A stretch of 64,000 nt of DNA from the human T2T-CHM13v2.0 reference genome, Homo sapiens, in the NCBI RefSeq assembly GCF_009914755.1, contig NC_060927.1; one strand, given 5' to 3'. Below the pieces are notes generated by a model, which worked only from the letters and a program-made list of their open reading frames with translations, was not told where the DNA came from and did not search any database. A program made the position numbers and the translations under genes. Numbering within the stretch: position 1 is the first letter of the stretch; each line of letters starts with the position of its first letter. Of the stretch, positions 1-44,068 are shown one piece after another.

Positions 1-425
1 CAAACACACAGTGAAACAAACGCTTAAGCGAGCCTGGGAGCAAGTGAGGGGCAGAGGTCTGATCGCAAAAAGAAAGGCCCAGAGGGTTCCCAGGAACCTT
101 GTGAGTAGGGTGGGTCACTGACCACACTGCTCCTGTGTGGCCTTTCTACAGACACTGCTCTCTATGGGCACCTGCCCTCAAACCTCTCTCCCCAGACAGA
201 TCCCGTTTTAAAAGACAGGAGGTAGGACCACCTAGAAATGTATCTACTTCTCTATAGCAAGTGAACCAAAGGTAGCTTTTCATGCTGGGACTGTTAGCAG
301 AAACAGTCAAGCCCTGGAAAAAAAGCGGTCCAGCAATGCTCTAACCCCGCAGTGAGCACCTGCTGAGTGCAGGGCAGGAGCAAGTCCCCGAGATGGTAAC
401 CGCTGTCTCCAATGTGCCTTTCTAG

Positions 426-820
426 GGCAATTTTTCCACCCCATCGGTTTTGAAGTGTCTGACATCCACCCAGGCTCTGACCCCACAAAGCCAGATGCCA
501 CGATGGTGGTGAGGAACCGCCGGCTCACGGTCACCAGGTGGGTGGGCTGCTTGCCCAGCACGTCTGCCCTCGGCCACTTTGTAGTTCTTCCAGGTCTTCC
601 TCCAGGTGTCACATGGGTGGGGTGAGCTTCCTGGGGAGGTGCTGCCCTACTGGTCCGAAGGGTGACCCCAGCTGACTTGTCTCTGCACAGGGGTTTGCAA
701 AAAGACTACAGCAAGGACCCGTGGCATGGGGCCGAGGTGTCCTGCTGGTTCATTCACAACAATGGGGCTGGACTCATCGATGGTGCCTACACTGATTATA
801 TCGTCCCCGACATCTTCTGA
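426..820 (+). CDS. ITIH1: Inter-alpha-trypsin inhibitor heavy chain H1, last two coding exons (426-537, 691-820); gene starts upstream of window
   Basis: AG/GT-bounded exons translate to [38 protein letters not shown]|[42 protein letters not shown], stop TGA 818-820. Coding lengths (112, 130) equal the last two ITIH3 exons; the C-terminus is recognised as ITIH1. Confidence 0.96.
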
Positions 821-950
821 GCCCTCTGGCCAGCACGCCTGTCCTCCCCCGGGGCCAAGGCAGAGGAGGAGGACGACATCCTGACCTGCTGCTGAGGCTG
901 TACCTCCTTGACTAAGCTGGTTCCTTGTGTCAAAGCACCTCATGCCTTCC

Positions 951-956
951 ATTAAA
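951..956 (+). terminator. ITIH1: ITIH1 polyadenylation signal (ATTAAA)
   Basis: ATTAAA 130 nt after the stop codon; no AATAAA closer to the stop. Confidence 0.75.
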
Positions 957-2207
957 GAGAGGCCGTGTCCACCCTGAGCTGGCTGATTTTGGGGAGGGAG
1001 GATGGCAGGGAGGCAGCCCAAGATGCTGCCCCTCAGATGGACTAAGGGGTTACAACAGACCCAGGGAGAGGAGAAGCAGGTCAGAGGCTGGGAAGAAAGC
1101 TCACACCATTTCCCTGCTGAGGGTTTGTAACGTCTGGCAGCCAGGCTGGTATTTTCCAAAGGCAGAGATGGTCCCTGCCCAGAAGCTGTGATTTCAGGGG
1201 GCCAGGAGTGGCACCCTACCATCTCCTCATGTGAATGCCTGGAATTACCCCATCAGGGTCCCCTCCCTTGGCTTGACCTTGGGGCCCAGTCAAAACACAA
1301 TGTCACAGGTGCAGGGAGGTGAGCCACACGTCAGAGAGCTCTGTGTGTGAATGCGCACAGGCCTCCACCCACTGCTTTCCAGAGGCTTTCTGCTTTTTCT
1401 TGCTAGTTTCTGTCCAGTTTCCACTATAAATGAGGCTCACAAGGGACCAGACAGAACAAGGACTGGTTTTGAGGGCCTGGATCAATAACACCAATGCTGA
1501 GCTCAAAGGCTGCCCCAGGCCCTATGAACACAGAGCCCCTAGCGGCAGGCTGTGGGGCGGCCAGCCCACCTTCCCAGGTATCCTGGGGTTCTCCAGGAAG
1601 AGCTGTGAGCTGCCAGCTGTCGGGGTCACCCTTGGCAAGGCCTGCCCAATGGGGGCCTCATCTCCCTCTCCTGTAGAATGGAAAGGCGGTGAACCCAAAG
1701 ATCTCTTAGATTCCGTCTAATTATAAAGTCTGCATGACGACTCTGGTTCCTCCAAGTCCCCAGCCATCCCTTGAGGCTGCTTGAGCAGCTACAGAATCCC
1801 TATTTCGAGTTGTCCGTCTCCCCAAACTCCAGGCACTTGGGGATGAGGCAGTGGTCCAGATGAGAGAGTACAGGAGAAGCTCTGCAGGCAGCTGCAGGTC
1901 CGTGAGGAGGAGCCATTGGGCAACAGTGCCAGCCACCCAGTGCCAGCAGCCACAGGACTGAAAACATCCCAGAAGCCAGGAAATGAGGACACGGCAGCTC
2001 TGAGGGGTCTTCTCTCCACACCCAGGCGCCAGCACCTGCTGGGTTTGGCCTCCATCAGGCCCGAGCTTGGTGCCTGCTGCCAGTGAGGTTGGTGTAAGGG
2101 TTCAGGAGGCCCGAGGGAAACAGGCACCGCCCAGCCAGACACCAAGCACAGGCAGCATCTGCCACTTGGCCATCATTTCACTGGCTTGGAAACTCCCTCT
2201 TTTCAAT

Positions 2208-2372
2208 TTTTTTTTTTTTTTTTGAGACGGGGGTCTCGCCCTGTCATCCGGGCTGGAGCGCAGTGGCACGAACACAGCGCTCACTGCAGCCTCGAACTCC
2301 TGGGCCCAGGTGATCCTCCAGCTTCAGTCTCCCAAAAAGCTGGGATTACAGGCAAGAGCCATAGTGCCTGGC
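2208..2372 (-). mobile_element. Alu monomer (FLAM/AluJ-like)
   Basis: Poly-T followed by GAGACGGGGTCTCGC...GCTGGGATTACAGGC...GCCTGGC; single-arm length. Confidence 0.85.
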
Positions 2373-3638
2373 TGATTTGGCAACTCTCCATCATTGCTCT
2401 GTGGCTGCTGCCTCTTCCAGCCATTAGACCACACCCTCCTCAGGGCTTCCGCTGCCCCGTGGCATCTGCCTTTTGCCTTCTTGGTTCCTCTGCTCCCAAC
2501 AACTCTCTCTGCACATCTCCCAGTCAGCACCAGAGCTTTCAGCTGAGGCCGCTGAACTCCCCATAAGTTAGTTGTCCTGGACCCAGCCGTCCTTGTCGAC
2601 TCCATTCAGTAGTGGGCTGCCCAGTGGGAGGGTCACAGGGTCAGCTTGGCTCAGAGAAGCCATGGGTATGGTGGGTGTGCAACAGCTGCCCTGATGGGGC
2701 TAGGCTGGCAGGGTCCTGAGGTGGCTCAGGAGGTCCCAGCCCCCACTGAGACCAGGTCCTGCCTCTAAAGCTCCTGTTGTCCTGGAAGCTGGAGCCCAGC
2801 CTCACTACGACTTTTAGGGCAATGACTCCCCAAAAGGCTGAGGGCAGCCAAGTCCCTGGCTGGGCCCTGGAAGCACAGAGGGAAACATGACATGGTCCAG
2901 CCCCCAGGAGCTCTGGGTGCAGAGGGGGCAGGCAGACCTGAGCACATCCACCTCAACATAAGGTCATGACAAAGCAGGCCCTCAGGGGGCTTGGGGCTTG
3001 GAGCAGGGATGTCCCATAGTCCTCTAGGGGATGGCCAGGGAAGGGTCCTGGAGGGGAGGCACTGGGACTGGCAGAGAGATGAAAGATGTGACATGTGCAG
3101 AAGGGGAGGGTGTGCTGGTGCAAGAGAGTGAGCTCAGAAAAACAAGCTGGGGTCAGATCACAGAGACAGCTGGGCTTCCGGGATCGTTGTGTGTCCTTTC
3201 CCTGGGGCTTTGGGGGCCATAGAAGGGTAGTGAGCGAGGGGCTCTGCTGTGGAGGTCCCAGCCTGAAGGTGACAGTCTAGTTTCACGCCCTGGCTGCCTC
3301 AAGAAGGGAGGGGCTGCAATCCAGGAGGCCAGAGAGAGGCTGTCCCAGTGGTAGGGATAAGAGGCAACAATGCTGAGATGCCCTTTGCCCTAAATGCAAC
3401 TCCACACCCCATCTCCATCATCCACGCCAGGGAGTCCCAGGGTCCATTTGTTGGCCCACAGCTTCTGCTTTCCTGCGGGCCTCTTCCGAGTCCCCCGGTC
3501 TCTCAGGAATGAAGCCCCAACGCTGTTGGCAAGACCCACCAGGCCTTCTTCAGACAGACACATCGAGGGACCCGTCATTCCACCCATGCCCAGCTTCCCG
3601 GAGGCCCTTCCTGCCTCCACTCCTCCCACCCCCGCTGC

Positions 3639-3683
3639 AGGTCACTGACCCTGCTTGGAAAACACCAGGCTTGCTCATATAAG
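3639..3683 (+). promoter_or_regulatory. ITIH3: ITIH3 proximal promoter: IR-1 nuclear receptor element AGGTCA-C-TGACCC (3639-3651) and TATA-like TATAAG (3678-3683)
   Basis: Motifs read directly; the TATA starts 35 nt upstream of the ATG at 3713. Function is inferred. Confidence 0.65.
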
Positions 3684-3712
3684 GAGCGTGGGCCAGGCCT
3701 GAGTATTCAGCG

Positions 3713-17591
<13,879 letters not shown>

Positions 17592-17684
17592 GTAGACACA
17601 CCAGCTCCTGTTGGGATGGATGGCCCGGATTTTATGGCATCTGGAACATGGGCACAGAGAGGGGCCTGTGGGAGGGGCTGGGAA

Positions 17685-17690
17685 AATAAA
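17685..17690 (+). terminator. ITIH3: ITIH3 proximal polyA signal AATAAA (second AATAAA at 17902-17907)
   Basis: AATAAA about 94 nt after the stop codon. Confidence 0.8.
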
Positions 17691-18089
17691 GTCCAAGGTC
17701 GAGACCAGACAGCTGCCAGCCTCTACATGCCTTCATGAGCCTCTGCTCCAGGGAACAGGCAACTGGGACCCACAGCAGCTCAAAAGAGGGGATGGCTAGC
17801 AGGAAGGCAACTTCTTGGGCCTCTCCACTGACACAGCTGAGAGACAGAGTTGGTTGGACTAGAACTTTAGGGATTCAAATGTATGACAGCTTGGGGGAAA
17901 AAATAAAGAACTGACTCTGAAGGAAAGGGGCTCTGAGAAGTCAGGAAGGGTTGAATGTATTTCAGTATCCAGGAAAGTCATAAGATAAGTAAATGGTCCC
18001 GGCTCAGGAGCTCCAATCAGGACCTTTAGAAGTAGATAATACTCCAGTGCAGATACAGCCCACATCTAAATGGGGATGTCAGCCACCCT

Positions 18090-18432
18090 TCCATCTATCC
18101 ATCCATCTATCCACCATCCATTCACCCATCCCTCCACCCATCCATCCATTCACTCACCCACCCACCCATTCACCATTCAACCATCTGTTCACCCACGTAT
18201 CCACTCATCCATCTATCCCTCCACCATGCATGCATCCACCCATCAACCTATCTATCCATCCCTCCATCTGTCTATTCATCCATTCATCCCCCCAGCTACC
18301 TATTCATCATTCAACTATGCATCCATCCACCCATCCATCCTTTCTGTCCATCTCTCCATTTGTCCATCCTTCCATCCATCCATCCAACCATCAATTCACC
18401 CACCCATCCACCCACGTACCCATCCATCAATT
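18090..18432 (+). repeat. Degenerate (CCAT)n tetranucleotide repeat
   Basis: Run of CCAT/CCAC/TCAT units. Confidence 0.9.
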
Positions 18433-19471
18433 CAGCAGATAAACCCAATACCTTGGGCCAGGATCTGGGGGTACAGTTGAGTAATCCAGTTCCTATTTTC
18501 ATGAGTGCTCAAGTTTGTCTTCAGCTGGGCCAGGCATCTCTGGGATCCTCTGATTGTACCTTATGATGACCACTTGGTGTATCCTCCCAATGAGTCTGTG
18601 GTGGGGTAGAGGGTCAGAGAGAGGTTCCTGGACGAGGGGCTCTAAGACCTCTCCAGTGTGGATAACCCTCTCCCACCTGGACAACTGCAATTGCCACTTC
18701 CTGAGTCTCCCTGCCCCCTCTATTGCTTCCCATAGAGAGCTTTTTATAGAGCAGATGTGATCACCACTCGCTGACTAAATCCCTACAAATGACATCTTCC
18801 ATCCTTTGCTCTTGGAACCATGACAGAAGTCCCTCCTATGGCCTCTTCAGCTTCCCCTCATACACCAGGTGCTTCCCTTACTTTCTGGGTTCCAGACACA
18901 CAGGCTGCTCTCAACTGTGCAAACATAAGCTCTCCTGCCCACATCCTCTGCCTCTGCTGTTCTGCCTGGGGGTGGGGAGGGGGTAAGGGCATGCTGGGCA
19001 GACAGTACCCCATCAGAAGACGCGGTGAGTGGCTTTGCCTGATGTCAGAGTAGGGGGCACAATAGGACTGGAGGAGGTTGGAATCAGACTGGGGAGTGCC
19101 ACAAATGTCAGTGGGGCATGGCATGTGGCCTTGGGGACATGAAAGGAAGTTGTCCTGCCTCCCAGTGCAGGGGTCCCTGGAGAGAGGACTAGAGGCCACG
19201 AAGGGCAGTCCAGGGGCAAATGTTTGTCGTCAGAAGAGCCCCCCAGGTGGCTACAGGATGCTAACGGCAGACTGGTGCCTGTTGTTGCTCTAGGGAAGGG
19301 GCCACATAGACATGGCTCCCATCTTGAAGGCCTCCTCATAGCCCCAGGGTGAATGTGGCAGAAGGCCAGGCTGGACTGGCTAAAAGGGCCCAGGCCTGAG
19401 AAAGGAACCCTCCATGGTGGGCAAGTCCCACCATTCTGTTGAAGCCTGGGTTGGTTGAGGAGCCATATGGC

Positions 19472-19785
<314 letters not shown>

Positions 19786-21176
19786 TAGCTTTAAAACAGT
19801 CATCTTGAGGTCAGTTTCCACATCTATGCAGTGGGGAGAAGGATCCTGCCATGCGAAGGATGTGAAAAGGCGTCCTCGTTATGGTTTCTGGTCGTCCTCA
19901 GGTGTCTCCAGAAGGACAGCTCCAGGTAGTAGCCATGTGAACAGGTTGGGAGGCAGGAGTCGGCTGCCCTCAACCCATAGGCCGGGAGGCCATCTATGTG
20001 GGCAAAAGCTAGGTGGACTCTGCCTTCTCCCCATTCCACGTCACCCTGGTCCCTCCTGTCCCTGCCTGGCCCTCCCTCCCCTTTCACGGTAGAAGCCACG
20101 CTCTGTGGTGAGGTGTGCACCACCTGTGCTGGCCCGGTCCCCCTCCCCTTCCACCTCATCCAACAGCATCTCCTTCCATCATCTTCCCCAAACTTAGCAC
20201 ACAGTGTCCTGGCTCTAGGCCTGGGCGCATGCTGTTCCCACCACCTGCTGTTCTTGCTCTCCTTTTCCACTGGGCTAACTTCTCTCCATTTTTCAAATCT
20301 CAGCTCCCACATTACCTGCAGAAAGCTTTCCCTGCCACCCCCAGGCTTCCTGGTCATCCCCATGTCTCCCTCTGGGCTCCTGCAGCACCTGGCTATTTTC
20401 TGGGTGGCAGTTATCACCACAGGCATTGTGTCTGCCATGGTGCCCAATGTGCCCACAGTACTCAGCCCAGGGCCTGGCATAAGCTGGAAAGCACTTGCTG
20501 GATGAAAGAGTGAAGAACATGGGCCTATTTCCAACTGTCACAGAAAACACCTGCCCCGCAGGTGCTGGCAGGGCCAGAAAATCAACTGTGACTCCTCTGC
20601 TGTTGCACAAATTCAGCAGCCAGTCCAGGGGGTCATGTCCCAGAAGGGTAAGCTCGGGGTGGCACTCCTCTCTCATCCCTGTATGTCAGGGCCACCCCCA
20701 CAGCAAGTCCCTCTGAGCTACTCTCATGTCACACAGCCCTGGCCCGAGCCCCCTGGAATAGCCTTTACAAAGCGACTCTGCCTGAGATCCCTATCTGCCA
20801 AGGAGGCTCGATGGGGAGGCAGCAATGCAGGGAGGAGCGTTTCCGTGTGTTGGGCAAACCTGCTGCTGGTGACCCCTCCCACCAGCCAGTACTTTGACCC
20901 TTTTAGAAAGACCCATCCAGCAAATATCCTCTTCTAGCTCAAGACCGGGGAAAGGATGTCTCCCTGATGATCTGGTGTTTTTTAGCAAGCAAATGAGCTC
21001 AGTTTCTTCTTTACATTGGCTTCCAGGAAGCTCATAGCAAAGCCTTGTGCTCCATCACTGCTGCAGCTTTCCCTACCCTGATGTCCCTGAGTTCACTATC
21101 CTTCTGCTTGGCTCTTTTATCCTTATACTCAGATTTTGGTTTCTTCCTCTTTAAGTTTTGTATTGGTAAGCCATAG

Positions 21177-21513
<337 letters not shown>

Positions 21514-22214
21514 GTAAATTTTTTAAAGTATATGTTGCCCGTACAGGAATTGGTGGAATCTTTGGGGTGCCTAACCCTGGGGCAAGAACAGGAAAGGAGA
21601 CCCTCAAGCACAGGATTCAGAGTTGGGACCCAGATCAGCCCCATTAGACTAGAGGTTCCTGGAAACAGGCCCTATTTCCCTGCTGCACCTGGGGCCTCGC
21701 CTCTGTGTCTCCTTCAAAGATCCAGTGCTTCCTTACAAGCCAATGAGCAGACAGGCCTGCTCCTCAGCACAGGTGTGAAAATCAAATTGTGTAAAGCAAA
21801 TCCCATTGCAGAGAAGTCCAAAAGCTCACTGAGAAAGTTTAGGAGTTGGACTAGAAAGAATTCCAACCCAGTTCACTCTATTTTTTTTTTTTTTTTTTTT
21901 GTAGTCAAAACTGGTCCAAGAGACCATGAAGCAGACTGAACCTCTGCTCCTGGAGAATGCTCCCAGCCCTGGGCCTCTAGCTGGGGGCCACAGTGACATC
22001 TCAAATGGGTGGTTCGAGCTCAGTTTCCTTGTTTGTAAAATGAAGGGGCTGGACTGAAAGCTCAGCATGGGCCTTCCTGGCCATGGGCTCTTGAGAGCTG
22101 ACAGTGGAAGCTTCTGTGTTCCACGATGCTAAGGTTCAGGATGCGAGGTTGAGGCCCTAGGATTTGGCCACATGGAACTGGAGACACCCACTTCCCAGGC
22201 TCACACCACCTTTC

Positions 22215-22220
22215 TTTATT
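22215..22220 (-). terminator. ITIH4: ITIH4 polyA signal (AATAAA on - strand)
   Basis: TTTATT about 110 nt downstream of the ITIH4 stop. Confidence 0.8.
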
Positions 22221-22330
22221 TGTAATGAGTGGGACTCTTCCTCCCCATGGTGGTCCAGGCCCCAGAAGCGGCCCTGCAGTTGCAGGGGGAAGCCAAGTGT
22301 ACAGGGTGGGCACAGCTCCTTCCATCAGAA

Positions 22331-39552
<17,222 letters not shown>

Positions 39553-39603
39553 CGTGGCTCCAGTGTCTGCCAGGAGGCTTCTGAACTCGACAGCAAGTGG
39601 GGA

Positions 39604-39656
39604 ATGGATTAGTAACTTGTTTGCTGCCCCACCCACATGGGGGCAGGTTCTGGGAA
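39604..39656 (-). promoter_or_regulatory. ITIH4: ITIH4 proximal promoter: HNF1-like (GTTACTAATCCAT), FOXA (TGTTTGC) and STAT3/GAS (TTCTGGGAA) sites
   Basis: Motifs at 39604-39616, 39618-39624 and 39648-39656, 50-105 nt upstream of the ATG; consistent with a hepatic, IL-6-inducible acute-phase gene. Confidence 0.65.
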
Positions 39657-39964
39657 ATTGGGATCTACAAGCCAAAAACCACAGTGACCTCAGATAAGCA
39701 AATGACGAACGTCCCATGGACCTTGGCTGGGGGCAGGAATGTATACCAAAGAAAGGTAGGCTCAGTTTGGAGTGGGGGTACGTGCCCCTTCTGAAAAGTG
39801 CGAAACCTTCACCAGGACCCTTCACACCAGGCATTCCACCAAGCTCCACAGGGCTGGGAGGGAATTGACAGTGAAGATGTCAGTCTGCTCTCCCTAAGTC
39901 CAGCCCGGGGAGAAACAGCGGGGGATGGTGGGGAAGACTAGGGCTACAGGGCTACCCTAGCGGC

Positions 39965-39973
39965 TTCCCGGAA
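39965..39973. promoter_or_regulatory. ITIH4: Perfect STAT GAS element TTCCCGGAA upstream of ITIH4
   Basis: Exact consensus match. Confidence 0.55.
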
Positions 39974-41544
39974 GAAGGGGGCTTGGCCACCAGGTAAGTG
40001 TGACTGGCTGATGGGAGGGCCCAAAGGCATGGAGTGACTCTGGGAGGTGTCTGTGTGGGGCAGATCTAGAGTCAGGATAGATACGCCGTATTTCTGAAGT
40101 GAGAGGTGCTGGGCACGGGGCGCCTCCTTCTCTCTCCTGGGGTCCCAGGTTGCTGTTTGGGTGCCATTAATCTAGCCAGGGCTTTAGGTTCAACCCCAGC
40201 AAGGCCCCCAAAACAAGAATGGCAATACAACTGAGTCATAAACCTGCCACATCCTGTGGCACAGAGGTCTCCATGCGGGGAGTTTATTGACAGAAGAGCA
40301 TGGAACAGAAGACAGACCTGACAGTGCCAGCAGCTCCTGAGGGGTGACTGGGGAGTCATTTGGTGGAGCAGAGGGAGCCCAGGAATCGCTGGTTGAGAGA
40401 GGGCAGAATGCTGTTGTCATGAGCAGTGTGATGCTGCCACAGCCCAGACCCAGGGGAGCGCTGCCCAAAGGCCTGGGGTGGGTCCCGGCCTTGCTAAAGT
40501 TGAAGTGCTCTGCTCCTTGTAAAGTGGGATCGAGTGAGTACATATTATGCGCTCTGGGCACCGCTGGGGCTCGTGTTCCCTGGTGGCTCTGGGGAAGCCA
40601 GCTCCTGAGTCTGTGGCCACAGATGGGTAAAGATGAGTCATAAAAGTGTGGCCAGATGCCAAGTCCTGGATCAGGGAAGGACGGCGGCTCCGTGACACCA
40701 GCCCTGAGGGGGCCAGCTGCCTTGGGAACCTATCGGGGGCCTTGGGGCAGCCAGTGGCTTCCAGAGGCTGGGGAGGGTTTCTCCACCAGTCCTGTCTCCA
40801 TTAGAGGTGGCGGCAGGCCTGGGGCAAAGGTGCCATAGACTGGAGCTATTTCTACAGCTGCAAGGAAGACGTTCCCCTTCCTTAGCATGACTGGCCAGAA
40901 GCCTCATCTCTGCGCACGTCTCCACTGCTCACCCTTTTGGCTCTGGATACGATTGGGATTACACAGGGGAACACGCTCCTTTCAGTGTCTGGGGGAAGAG
41001 TCTCCCCATGGAGTCCAGCAAGTAGGACTGGGCCCTTCCTCACAGCAGGGCTGCTCCCTTGGGGCAGAGAGCACAGGCCCAGCCCGGACTCAGGGCTATA
41101 TAAGGTGGCCAGGCTGGCCGGGACTGTGGGAAACGTTCTGGGCAGCCAGAACCTCCTGGGACAGGAAGGCATCCCCAGCAGGCATCAGCCCCGAGCCAGG
41201 CACCACAAGCGCAGGCTCTGCCAGTCCAGCTCCGAAAAGAGCCACTGTCAGCCTGTCCATGGTCATGGTCTTGCCATCACAACGGGACAGGCCTCTATGG
41301 GTCTTTTGAACCTGGCACTTCCAGGCACACAGGGGACAGAGGACTGGAGAGAGAAGGGTCATGCAGGCTAAGAATCTGGTGTTCCATGCCCCAGACAGCA
41401 TGGTTGGAGCAGAATGTGGGAGTCTTACACCTGCTGTTTGGAAGAGACGGTAGCTCAGGAAACTGACTGCCAGAGAGGAATCTCAATCTGGCTCTGACTT
41501 GGAGGGGACAAAAGCCGGGAGGAGGCAGTGTGAACAAAAGTGTA

Positions 41545-41778
41545 GGGAGGGAGAGGGGTTTTGAGGTCCCTGGTGCAGGCAGGGAGAGGGGTTTTGAGGT
41601 CCCTAGTGCAGTGCAGGGAGAGGGGTTTTGAGGTCCCTAGTGCAGTGCAGGGAGAGGGGTTTTGAGGTCCCTAGTGCAGTGCAGGGAGAGGGGTTTTGAG
41701 GTCCCTAGTGCAGTGCAGGGAGAGGGGTTTTGAGGTCCCTAGTGCAGTGCAGGGAGAGGGGTTTTTGAGGTCCCTAGG
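41545..41778 (+). repeat. 34-bp minisatellite (VNTR), 7 copies
   Basis: Unit GTGCAGGGAGAGGGGTTTTGAGGTCCCTAGTGCA; internal copies identical, terminal copies degenerate. Confidence 0.95.
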
Positions 41779-42156
41779 TGCTGCAGAGCCTGCAGGTCCT
41801 CAGAGGCTTCTCAGCAGCTTCTGTGGAAGGCAGGAGGAGCGGTGGTCCCTGAGACCCCACCCACTTCACTCTGAGCAGTGTCATCATGGCCTGCTTTATG
41901 GAATAGACTCCAGCTCAACTCCCCTGTAGTATAAAAGGGGAAACTGAGGCTCAGAAAAGTCTGAAGTCACAGGTCAGCACTGGGTCTCCATGTCCAAGGC
42001 AGCATGTGGCAGTGCCCATAATAGCACCTGTGCTATCCCCTGGGATCCTCTTAAACGGACATGTTCCATGTTCCCACCCTGTCCTCCCTCTCAATAGTGG
42101 CCATAGCCAGGGACCAACCAACACCTTCTGATTGCTGGGGCCACGTGGGCATCCTC

Positions 42157-42162
42157 TTTATT
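42157..42162 (-). terminator. MUSTN1: MUSTN1 polyA signal
   Basis: TTTATT (AATAAA on -) about 170 nt past the stop. Confidence 0.75.
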
Positions 42163-42334
42163 GGTGCTTCCAAGGTGCTGGTGCAGAGCCCTTGGCTGAA
42201 GGGCCTGGACTGTGGGGGAGGGTGGCAGCCCCAGAGACAGCAGGGGAGAGGAAGCGTTCTGGCATAAAAAAGAGTTCCTGGGTAAGGCTCCTGTTTCCGA
42301 GCATTCGGGCAGCAAGGGGAGTGGCGCACACTTC

Positions 42335-43966
<1,632 letters not shown>

Positions 43967-44061
43967 GGTGGGTATTGTGTAAGCGCTGGGTCTCTGAAGG
44001 CGCCTCTCTGGCAGGCAGCAGCTGCTGGAAAAGATCTGAGTGGAGCCCAGCCTTCTGAAAC

Positions 44062-44068
44062 TTATATA
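44062..44068 (-). promoter_or_regulatory. MUSTN1: MUSTN1 TATA box (TATATAA)
   Basis: GCTATATAAG on - strand about 100 nt upstream of the ATG (Kozak CCCACCATG). Confidence 0.75.

Noticed and set aside
17993-18502. His/Pro/Ser-rich ORFs
   Set aside because: Products of the (CCAT)n simple repeat.
19824-20534. 236-aa ORF between ITIH3 and ITIH4
   Set aside because: No recognisable domain or splice structure; overlaps degenerate L2-like sequence and is expected by chance in GC-rich DNA.
41545-41778. CRISPR-like array of ~34-bp repeats
   Set aside because: Head-to-tail units with no unique spacers and no cas genes; this is a eukaryotic minisatellite.
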